Position numbers and translations under genes: made by a program
Shown: one piece after another, positions 44,070 through 56,900 of the stretch
Numbering within the stretch: position 1 is the first letter of the stretch
Layout: each line of letters begins with the position of its first letter
The notes under the pieces: model-generated
What the model was told of the DNA's origin: nothing
Databases searched by the model: none
The model's input: only the letters and a program-made list of their open reading frames with translations
From: the human T2T-CHM13v2.0 reference genome, Homo sapiens
Assembly: GCF_009914755.1 (NCBI RefSeq)
Contig: NC_060940.1
Length of the DNA: 64,000 bases
Direction: 5' to 3' (one strand)

Positions 44070-47000
44070 TCAATTCCATTCGATGATTCCATTCGATTCC
44101 ATTCGATAATGATTACATCCGAGTCCATTCGATGATTCCCTTTGAGCCTGTTCGATAATTCCATTTGAGTCCAACCAATGATTCCATTCATTTCCATTCA
44201 ATGATTCCATTCGTGTCCATTTGATCATTCTGGTAGGGTCCATTCGATGTTGATTCCATTGGAGTGCATTCGATGATTCCATTCGAGTCCATTTTAGGAT
44301 TTGATTCGAGTCCTTTCGATGATTCCATTCGATTCCACTCGATGATGATTTCATTCGAGTCCATTCGACACTTCCAATCGATTCCGTTTGATGATTCCAT
44401 TGGAGTCCAATTGATGATTCCATTCAATTCCATTCGATGATGATTCCGTACGATTCCATTCTGTGATGATTCCATGTGATTGCATTCAATGCTGATTCCT
44501 TTCGATTGCATTCGATTATGATTCATTTCGTGTTCATTCTATGGTTCCACAGGTTTCCATTCGTGTCCATTCCATTATTCCATTCTATTCCATTTGATGA
44601 TGATTCCATTCGATTCCATTCATTGGTGATTCCACTCAATTCCATTCAATGATTCCATTCCATTTCTTTCAACAATGATTCCATTAGTTTCTAATCGATG
44701 ATCCACTTGATTCCATTTGACGACGATTCCATTCTTGTCCATTCGATGATTCCATTTGATTCCATATGATGATGATTCCATTCGATTCCATACCATGATG
44801 ATTCCATTCGAGTCCATTCAATGGTGATTCCATTCAATTCCATTCGATGATTCCTTTTGATTCCATTCGATGATGATGGCATTCGATTCCTTTCAATCAT
44901 TCCCTTTGATTCCATTCAAAGGTGATTTCATTCAAGTCCATTCGATAATTGCATTCGATTCCATTCTATGATGATTCCATTCGAGTCCATTTGATGATTC
45001 CATTCAATTCAAGTCAATGATGATTCCATTCGATTCCATTCGATGATTCCATTGGATTCCATTCGATGATGATTCCATTCAAATCCGTTCGATAATTCAA
45101 TTCAAGTCCATTCGATGATGATTCCAATCGAATCCATTCAAAGATTCCATTCAGTTCCATTCGATGATTCCCTTAGATTCCATTCGATGATTCCACTTGA
45201 TTGCATTTACGATGATTCCATTCGATTCCATGTGATGATTCCATTCAATTCTATTCAATGATGTCTCCATTTGATTCCATTCGACCATGATTGCCTTTGA
45301 TTCCATTCAATGATTCCATTCGGTTCCGTTTGATGATGATTCCGTTCGATTCCATTTGATGATTCCATTTGATTCCATTGGATGAGTCCATTCGATTACA
45401 TTCGATGATTATTCCATTCGAGTGCATTAGATGATTCCATTCGAGTCCATTCGATGATTCCATTCGATTCCATTCGATGTTGATTCTGTTCAAATCCATT
45501 CGATGATTCCACTCGATTCCATTCGTTGACTCCATTTGATCCCATTCGATGATTTCCTTTGATTCCCTTTGATGATCATTCCATTTGATTCAATTCGGTG
45601 ATTTCATTTGATTCCATTCAGTGATGTTTCCATTCGACTCCATTCGATGATGATTCATTCGACTCCATTCGATTATGATTTCATTCAATTCCATTCGATA
45701 ATGATTCCCTTCGAGTCCATTCGATGATTCCATTCGATTCCATTCAACGATGATTTGATTCGTGTCCATTCGATGATTCCATTTGATTCCACTTGATGAT
45801 GATTCCATTCGAGTCCATTTGATGATTCCATTCAATTCCATACTCCGATGATTTCTTTTGAGCCCACTCAATGCTTCCACTCGATTCCATATGATGATGA
45901 CTCCATTCGATGAAATTCGATGATGATTCCATTCGCTTGCTTTCGATGATGATTCCACTTGAGTCCGTTAGAAGATTCTATTCAATTACATTCCATGACG
46001 ATTCCGTTCGAGTCCATTTGATGATTCCATTAGACTCCATTCGACGATGATTCCATTCGATGTTATTCGATGATTCCATTCGACCTCATTCGATGATGAT
46101 TCCATTCAACTCCATTCGATGTTTCCATTCGAGTTCATTCTATTATTCCATTAGATTCCATTCGATGATGATTCCATTCGATTCCATTTGATGATTGCAT
46201 TCTATTTCATTTGATGATGATTCCATTCGAGTCCACTCGATGATTCCATTCGAGTCCATTCCATGATTCTATTAGTGTACATTTAATGATTGCTTTGTTT
46301 TCAATTCGAAGATGATTACATTGGATTCCATTCTATGATACCATTCGATTCCATTCAATGATGATTCCACTCAAATCCATTGGATGATTCCATTCGTGTC
46401 CATTCGGTGATTTCATTAGATTCCATTCGAGGATGATTCCATTCGATTCCATTCGATGATTCCATTCAATTCCATTCGATGATGATTCCATTCCAGTCCA
46501 TATGATCATTCCATTTGATTTCATTCGATGATGATTCCATTCGATTCCATTCGACGATTCCATTCTATTCCATTCGATGATGATTCCATTCGAGTCCATT
46601 CGATGATTCCATTCGAGTCCATTTAATGATTCCATTGGGTTCAATTCAATGATGATTACATTGGATTCCGTTCTATGATTCCATTCAATTCCGTTCATTG
46701 ACAATTTGATTCCATTCGATGATGATTCCATTTGAGTTCATTCGATGATTCTATTCGATTCTCTTCGATGGTGATTCAATTCTATTATATTGGATGATTC
46801 CATTCGATTCCATTTGATGTTGATTCAATTCGATTCTATTCGATGATGATTCCATTGGATTTCACTTGATGATTCTATTCGATTCCATTCAATGATGATT
46901 CACTTCTCGTCCATTGGATGATTCCATTTCATTCCATTCGATGATGATTCCATTCGATTCCATTCGATGATTCCATTTGATTCCATGCGACGGTGAGCAA

Positions 47001-47917
47001 TTCGATTCAATTCCATGATGATTCTATTTGATTCAATTAGATGATGTTTCCATTCGAATCCATTCCATGATTATTCCATTGGAATCCATTCGGCGATGAT
47101 TCCATATGAGTCAATTCAATGATGATTCCATATGGGTCCGTTCGATGATAATTCCATTTGATTTCATTCGATGCTTCTATTCTATTCCAGTCGATGATGA
47201 TTCCGTTGGAGTCCATACGATGATTCCATTTGATTTCATTTGATGATGATTCCATTCGATGATGATTACATTGGATTCCATTCTATGATTCCATTCAATT
47301 CCATTCGTTGATGATTCGATTCCATTCAATGATGATTCCATTTGAGTTCATTCGATGATTCTATTCGATTCCGTTCGATGGTGATTCAATTCTATTATAT
47401 TGGATGATTCCAGTCGATTCCATTTGATGATTATTCCATTGGAGTCCACTTAGTGAATCCTTTAGATTCTACTCGACGATGATTCCATTCGAGTCCATTC
47501 GATGATACCATTCAATTCCATTCGTTGATGCTTCCATTCAAGTGCATTCGATGATATCATTCGATTCCATTTGATGATAATTCCATTTGATTCCATGCGA
47601 TGATTCTATTCGATTCCATTCAATGATAATTCCATTCAATTCAGTGATTCCTCAGGACTCCATTTGATGATGATTCCATTCAATGATTCCATTCGATTCT
47701 ATTCGAAAATGATTCCATTTGAATCCATTTGATGATGATTCCATTAGATTCCATTTGATGATTCCATTCGATTCCATTCGACGATGATTCCATTCGATTC
47801 CGTTTGATGATTCCATTCTATTCTATTCGATGATGATTCCATTCGATTCCATTCGATGATGATTGGATTCGATTCCATTTGATGATTTCATTTGATTCCA
47901 TTCGTTAATGATTTCGA
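44070..47917 (+). repeat. Truncated HOR unit U8, 3848 bp (6112 -1 -2263)
   Basis: There is a 1-bp loss at ~45656 and a large deletion joined at 46241-46260. Confidence 0.9.
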
Positions 47918-50900
47918 TCAATTCCATTCGATGATTCCATTCGATTCCATTCGATAATGATTACATCCGAATCCATTCGATGATTCCATTTGAGCCTGTT
48001 CGATAATTCCATTTGAGTCCAACCAATGATTCCATTCATTTCCATTCAATGATTCCATTCGAGTCCATTTGATCATTCCGGTAGGGTCCATTCGATGTTG
48101 ATTCCATTGGAGTGCATTCGATGATTCCATTCGAGTCCATTTTAGGATTTGATTCGAGTCCTTTCGATGATTCCATTCGATTCCACTCGATGATGATTTC
48201 ATTCGAGTCCATTCGACACTTCCAATCGATTCCATTTGATGATTCCATTCGAGTCCAATTGATGATTCCATTCAATTCCATTCGATGATGATTCCGTACG
48301 ATTCCATTCTGTGATGATTCCATGTGATTGCATTCAATGATGATTCCTTTCGATTGCATTCGATTATGATTCATTTCGTGTTCATTCTATGGTTCCACAG
48401 GTTTCCATTCGTGTCCATTCCATTATTCCATTCTATTCCATTTGATGATGATTCCATTCGATTCCATTCATTGGTGATTCCACTCAATTCCATTCAATGA
48501 TTCCATTCCATTTCTTTCAACAATGATTCCATTAGTTTCTAATCGATGATCCACTTGATTCCATTTGACGACGATTCCATTCTTGTCCATTCGATGATTC
48601 CATTTGATTCCATATGATGATGATTCCATTCGATTCCATACGATGATGATTCCATTCGAGTCCATTCAATGGTGATTCCATTCAATTCCATTCGATGATT
48701 CCTTTCGATTCCATTCGATGATGATGGCATTCGATTCCTTTCAATCATTCCCTTTGATTCCATTCAAAGGTGATTTCATTCAAGTCCATTCGATAATTGC
48801 ATTCGATTCCATTCTATGATGATTCCATTCGAGTCCATTTGATGATTCCATTCAATTCAAGTCAATGATGATTCCATTCGATTCCATTCGATGATTCCAT
48901 TGGATTCCATTCGATGATGATTCCATTCAAATCCATTCGATAATTCAATTCAAGTCCATTCGATGATGATTAAAATCGAATCCATTCAAAGATTCCATTC
49001 AGTTCCATTCGATGATTCCCTTACATTACATTCGATGATTCCACTTGATTCCATTTACGATGATTCCATTCTATTCCATGTGATGATTCCCTTCAATTCT
49101 ATTCAATGGTGTCTCCGTTTGATTCCATTCGACCATGATTGCCTTTGATTCCATTCAATGACTCCATTCGGTTCCTTTTGATGATGATTCCGTTCGATTC
49201 CATTTGATGATTCCATTTGATTCCATTGGATGAGTCCATTCGATTACATTTGATGATTATTCCATTCGAGTGCATTAGATGATTCCATTCGAGTCCATTC
49301 GATGATTCCATTCGATTCCATTCGATGTTGATTCTGTTCAAATCCATTCGATGATTCCACTCGATTCCATTCGTTGACTCCATTTGATCCCATTCGATGA
49401 TTTCCTATGATTCTCTTTGATGATCATTCCATTTGATTCAATTCGGTGATTTCATTTGATTCCATTCAGTGATGTTTCCATTCGACTCCATTCGATGATG
49501 ATTCCATTCGACTCCATTCGATTATGATTTCATTCAATTCCATTCGATAATGATTCCCTTCGAGTCCATTCGATGATTCCATTCGATTCCATTCAACGAT
49601 GATTTGATTCGTGTCCATTCGATGATTCCATTTGATTCCACTTGATGATGATTCCATTCGAGTCCATTTGATGATTCCATTCAATTAAATACTCCGATGA
49701 TTTCTTTTGAGCCCACTCAATGCTTCCACTCGATTCCATATGATGATGACTCCATTCGATGAAATTCGATGATGATTCCACTCGCTTGCTTTCGATGATG
49801 ATTCCACTTGAGTCCGTTAGAAGATTCTATTCAATTACATTCCATGACGATTCCGTTCGAGTCCATTTGATGATTCCATTAGACTCCATTCGACGATGAT
49901 TCCATTCGATGTTATTCGATGATTCCATTCGATCTCATTCGATGATGATTCCATTCAACTCCATTCGATGTTTCCATTCGAGTTCATTCTATTATTCCAT
50001 TAGATTCCATTCGATGATGATTCCATTCGATTCCATTTGATGATTGCATTCTATTTCATTTGATGATGATTCCATTCGAGTCCACTCGATGATTCCATTC
50101 GAGTCCATTTAATGAATCCATTGGTTTCAATTCTATGATGATTACATTGGATTCCATTCGTTGATGATTTCATTCGGTTCCATTCAATGATGATTCCATT
50201 CAATTCCTTTCAATGTTTCCATTCAATTCCATACGATGATGATTCCATTTGATTTGATTCGACAGTGAGCCATTCGATTCAATTCCATGATGATTCTATT
50301 TGATTCAATTGGTTGACATTTCCATTCGATTCCATTCGATGATGATTCCCTTTGATTCCGTTCAAAGATGATTCCATTCTAGCCCATTCAATGATTCCAT
50401 TCGATTCTATTCAATGATGATTCCATTCATGTCGATTTGGTGATTCCATTTGACTTCATTTGATGATGATTCCTTTCAAGTTCATTAGATGATTCCATTC
50501 GATTCCATTTGATGATGATCCCATTCGAGTCCATTCAGTGATTCCATTCGTTTCCATTCCATGATGATTCCATTCCTTTCCATTCAATGATTCCATTCGA
50601 TTCCGTTTGATGATGATTTCATTCGAGTCCATTTGATGATTCCATTTGATTCCATTCGATGATGATTCCATTCGAGTCCATTCGATGATTCTATTCGAAT
50701 CCATTTGATGATTTCTTTTGATTATATTTGGTGATGATTCCATTGGAGTCCATTCAATGATTCCATTCTATTCCCATCGATGATGATTCCATTAGAGTCC
50801 ATTTAATGATTCCATTTGATTCCAGTCTCTGATGATTACATTCGAGTCCATACGATGATTCCACTCAATTCCATATGATGATGATTCCATTTGATTCCAT

Positions 50901-53900
50901 TCGGTGATTCCATTCTATTCTATTCAATGGTGATTCCATTCGAGTACATTAGATGATTCCATTCGATTCCATTCAATGATGATTCTATTTGTGTCCCTTA
51001 GATGATTCCACATGATTCCATTAGATGATGATACTATTTGAGCCCATCCAATGATTCCCTTCAATTCCATTCGATGAGGATTCCATTCGATTCAATTCAT
51101 TGGTGATTCTATTCAATTCAATTCTTTGATTCCATTCCATTCCATTCGACAATGATTCCATTCGATTTCTTTCGATGATTCCACTCGATTCCACTTGACA
51201 TTGATTCCATTCGATTCCATTCAATGATTCCATTTGATTCCAGTGGATGATGATTGCCATCGATTCCATTCGATCACTCCATTCTATTCCATTTGATGAT
51301 GATTACATTCGATTCCATTTGATGATTCCATCTGATTCTATTCGAGGATTCCATTTGATTCCATTCGATGATGATTCCATTCGAGTCCATTCGATGATTT
51401 CATTCGAGTACATCCAATGATTCCATTCGAGTCCATTAGATGATTCCATTTGATTCCATTTGAAAATGATTCTACTAGAGTCCATTCAATGACTCCATTC
51501 GAGTCCATTCAACAATTCCATTCGACTCCATTCGATGATTCCATTCGATTCCATTTGATGGTTCCATTCGAGTCCATTTAATCATTACAGTCGAGTCCAT
51601 TTGGTGATTCCACTGGATTTCTTTTGATAATGATACCATTCAATTACATTTGATGATGATCCCATTCAATTTCATTTGATGATGATTCCATTAGAGTCCA
51701 TTCGATGATTTCATTCGAGTCCCTTCATTGATTCCATCCGATTTCATTGGATGATGACTCCATTCGAGTCCATTCGATGATTCCACTCGATTCCATTAGA
51801 TGACTCCATTGGAGTCCATTTGATTGTTCCATTCGATTCCATTCGATTCCTTTCGAAGATTATTCCATTTGAGTCCATTCGATGATGATTCCATTCCATT
51901 CCATTCAATGATTCCATTCGAATCTATTCCATGATGATTCCTTTCGATTCCATTCGCTGATGTTTCCGTTCAATTCCATTCGATGATGATTCCATTCGAT
52001 TCCATTCATTGAGGATTCCATTTGATTCCATTCAATGATGATTCCATTCTATTCCATTCAATGATTGCATTCAATTCCATTCAATGATTATCCCATTAGA
52101 GTAAACTCAACGATTCCATTCAATACCATTCGATGATGATTCCTTTTGAGTCCATTCAATGATTTCATTCAAGTCCATTTGATGATTCCTTTCAATTCCA
52201 TTCTATGATGATTCCATTCGAGTCCATTCGATGATTCCATTCGATTGCATTCGATGATTCCATTATATTCCATTCAACGGTGATTCCATTCGAGTCCATT
52301 CGATGATTCCATTAGAGTACATTTAATGATTGCTTTGTTTTCAATTCGAAGATGATTACATTGGATTCCATTCTATGATACCATTCGATTCCATTCAATG
52401 ATGATTCCACTCAAATCCATTGGATGATTCCATTCGTGTCCATTCGGTGATTTCATTAGATTCCATTCGAGGATGATTCCATTCGATTCCATTCGATGAT
52501 TCCATTCAATTCCATTCGATGATGATTCCATTCCAGTCCATATGATCATTCCATTTGATTTCATTCGATGATGATTCCATTCGATTCCATTCGACGATTC
52601 CATTCTATTCCATTCGATGATGATTCCATTCGAGTCCATTCGATCATTCCATTCGAGTCCATTTAATGATTCCATTGGGTTCAATTCAATGATGATTACA
52701 TTGGATTCCGTTCTATGATTCCATTCAATTCCGTTCATTGACAATTTGATTCCATTCGATGATGATTCCATTTGAGTTCATTCGATGATTCTATTCGATT
52801 CTCTTCGATGGTGATTCAATTCTATTATATTGGATGATTCCATTCGATTCCATTTGATGTTGATTCAATTCGATTCTATTCGATGATGATTCCATTGGAT
52901 TTCACTTGATGATTCTATTCGATTCCATTCAATGATGATTCACTTCTCGTCCATTGGATGATTCCATTTCATTCCATTCGATGATGATTCCATTCGATTC
53001 CATTCGATGATTCCATTTGATTCCATGCGACGGTGAGCAATTCGATTCAATTCCATGATGATTCTATTTGATTCAATTAGATGATGTTTCCATTCGAATC
53101 CATTCCATGATTATTCCATTGGAATCCATTCGGCGATGATTCCATATGAGTCAATTCAATGATGATTCCATATGGGTCCGTTCGATGATAATTCCATTTG
53201 ATTTCATTCGATACTTCTATTCTATTCCAGTCGATGATGATTCCGTTGGAGTCCATACGATGATTCCATTTGATTTCATTTGATGATGATTCCATTCGAT
53301 GATGATTACATTGGATTCCATTCTATGATTCCATTCAATTCCATTCGTTGATGATTCGATTCCATTCAATGATGATTCCATTTGAGTTCATTCGATGATT
53401 CTATTCGATTCCGTTCGATGGTGATTCAATTCTATTATATTGGATGATTCCAGTCGATTCCATTTGATGATTATTCCATTAGAGTCCACTTAGTGAATCC
53501 TTTAGATTCTACTCGACGATGATTCCATTCGAGTCCATTCGATGATACCATTCAATTCCATTCGTTGATGCTTCCATTCAAGTGCATTCGATGATATCAT
53601 TCGATTCCATTTGATGATAATTCCATTTGATTCCATGCGATGATTCTATTCGATTCCATTCAATGATAATTCCATTCAATTCAGTGATTCCTCTGGACTC
53701 CATTTGATGATGATTCCATTCAATGATTCCATTCGATTCTATTCGAAAATGATTCCATTTGAATCCATTTGATGATGATTCCATTAGATTCCATTTGATG
53801 ATTCCATTCGATTCCATTCGACGATGATTCCATTCGATTCCGTTTGATGATTCCATTCTATTCTATTCGATGATGATTCCATTCGATTCCATTCGATGAT

Positions 53901-53957
53901 GATTGGATTCGATTCCATTTGATGATTTCATTGGATTCCATTCGTTAATGATTTCGA
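47918..53957 (+). repeat. HOR unit U9, 6040 bp (6112 -72), containing a diverged patch at ~48640-49790
   Basis: It has the same 72-bp deletion as U5, at 51883-51906. Confidence 0.9.
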
Positions 53958-56900
53958 TCAATTCCATTCGATGATTCCATTCGATTCCATTCGATAATGA
54001 TTACATCCGAGTCCATTCGATGATTCCCTTTGAGCCTGTTCGATAATTCCATTTGAGTCCAACCAATGATTCCATTCATTTCCATTCAATGATTCCATTC
54101 GAGTCCATTTGATCATTCCGGTAGGGTCCATTCGATGTTGATTCCATTGGAGTGCATTCGATGATTCCATTCGAGTCCATTTTAGGATTTGATTCGAGTC
54201 CTTTCGATGATTCCATTCGATTCCACTCGATGATGATTTCATTCGAGTCCATTCGACACTTCCAATCGATTCCATTTGATGATTCCATTCGAGTCCAATT
54301 GATGATTCCATTCAATTCCATTCGATGATGATTCCGTACGATTCCATTCTGTGATGATTCCATGTGATTGCATTCAATGATGATTCCTTTCGATTGCATT
54401 CGATTATGATTCATTTCGTGTTCATTCTATGGTTCCACAGGTTTCCATTCGTGTCCATTCCATTATTCCATTCTATTCCATTTGATGATGATTCCATTCG
54501 ATTCCATTCATTGGTGATTCCACTCAATTCCATTCAATGATTCCATTCCATTTCTTTCAACAATGATTCCATTAGTTTCTAATCGATGATCCACTTGATT
54601 CCATTTGACGACGATTCCATTCTTGTCCATTCGATGATTCCATTTGATTCCATATGATGATGATTCCATTCGATTCCATACCATGATGATTCCATTCGAG
54701 TCCATTCAATGGTGATTCCATTCAATTCCATTCGATCATTCCCTTTGATTCCATTCAAAGGAGATTTCATTCAAGTCCATTCGATAATTGCATTCGATTC
54801 CATTCTATGATGATTCCATTCGAGTCTATTTGATGATTCCATTCAATTCAAGTCAATGATGATTCCATTCGATTCCATTCGATGATTCCATTGGATTCCA
54901 TTCGATGATGATTCCATTCAAATCCATTCGATAATTCAATTCAAGTCCATTCGATGATGATTCCAATCGAATCCATTCAAAGATTCCATTCAGTTCCATT
55001 CGATGATTCCCTTAGATTCCATTCGATGATTCCACTTGATTGCATTTACGATGATTCCATTCGATTCCATGTGATGATTCCATTCAATTCTATTCAATGA
55101 TGTCTCCATTTGATTCCATTCGACCATGATTGCCTTTGATTCCATTCAATGATTCCATTCGGTTCCGTTTGATGATGATTCCGTTCGATTCCATTTGATG
55201 ATTCCATTTGATTCCATTGGATGAGTCCATTCGATTACATTCGATGATTATTCCATTCGAGTGCATTAGATGATTCCATTCGAGTCCATTCGATGATTCC
55301 ATTCGATTCCATTCGATGTTGATTCTGTTCAAATCCATTCGATGATTCCACTTGATTCCATTCGTTGACTCCATTTGATCCCATTCGATGATTTCCTTTG
55401 ATTCCCTTTGATGATCATTCCATTTGATTCAATTCGGTGATTTCATTTGATTCCATTCAGTGATGTTTCCATTCGACTCCATTCGATGATGATTCCATTC
55501 GACTCCATTCGATTATGATTTCATTCAATTCCATTCGATAATGATTCCCTTCGAGTCCATTCGATGATTCCATTCGATTCCATTCAACGATGATTTGATT
55601 CGTGTCCATTCGATGATTCCATTTGATTCCACTTGATGATGATTCCATTCGAGTCCATTTGATGATTCCATTCAATTCCATACTCCGATGATTTCTTTTG
55701 AGCCCACTCAATGCTTCCACTCGATTCCATATGATGATGACTCCATTCGATGAAATTCGATGATGATTCCATTCGCTTGTTTTCGATGATGATTCCACTT
55801 GAGTCCATTAGAAGGTTCTATTCAATTACATTCCATGACGATTCCGTTCGAGTCCATTTGATGATTCCATTAGACTCCATTCGACGATGATTCCATTCGA
55901 TGTTATTCGATGATTCCATTCGATCTCATTCGATGATGATTCCATTCAACTCCATTCGATGTTTCCATTCGAGTTCATTCTATTATTCCATTAGATTCCA
56001 TTCGATGATGATTCCATTCGATTCCATTTGATGATTGCATTCTATTTCATTTGATGATGATTCCATTCGAGTCCACTCGATGATTCCATTCGAGTCCATT
56101 TAATGAATCCATTGGTTTCGATTCTATGATGATTACATTGGATTCCATTCGTTGATGATTTCATTCGGTTCCATTCAATGATGATTCCATTCAATTCCTT
56201 TCAATGTTTCCATTCAATTCCATACGATGATGATTCCATTTGATTTGATTCGACAGTGAGCCATTCGATTCAATTCCATGATGATTCTATTTGATTCAAT
56301 TGGTTGACATTTCCATTCGATTCCATTCGATGATGATTCCCTTTGATTCCGTTCAAAGATGATTCCATTCTAGCCCATTCAATCATTCCATTCGATTCTA
56401 TTCAATGATGATTCCATTCATGTCGATTTGGTGATTCCATTTGACTTCATTTGATGATGATTCCTTTCAAGTTCATTAGATGATTCCATTCGATTCCATT
56501 TGATGATGATCCCATTCGAGTCCATTCAGTGATTCCATTCGTTTCCATTCCATGATGATTCCATTCCTTTCCATTCAATGATTCCATTCGATTCCGTTTG
56601 ATGATGATTTCATTCGAGTCCATTTGATGATTCCATTTGATTCCATTCGATGATGATTCCATTCGAGTCCATTCGATGATTCTATTCGAATCCATTTGAT
56701 GATTTCTTTTGATTATATTTGGTGATGATTCCATTGGAGTCCATTCAATGATTCCATTCTATTCCAATCGATGATGATTCCATTAGAGTCCATTTAATGA
56801 TTCCATTTGATTCCAGTCTCTGATGATTACATTCGAGTCCATACGATGATTCCACTCAATTCCATATGATGATGATTCCATTTGATTCCATTCGGTGATT

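Noticed and set aside
36185-45660. Single-base indels at ~36188, ~40569 and ~45656
   Set aside because: They are isolated private 1-bp changes that cannot be told apart from consensus errors without reads.
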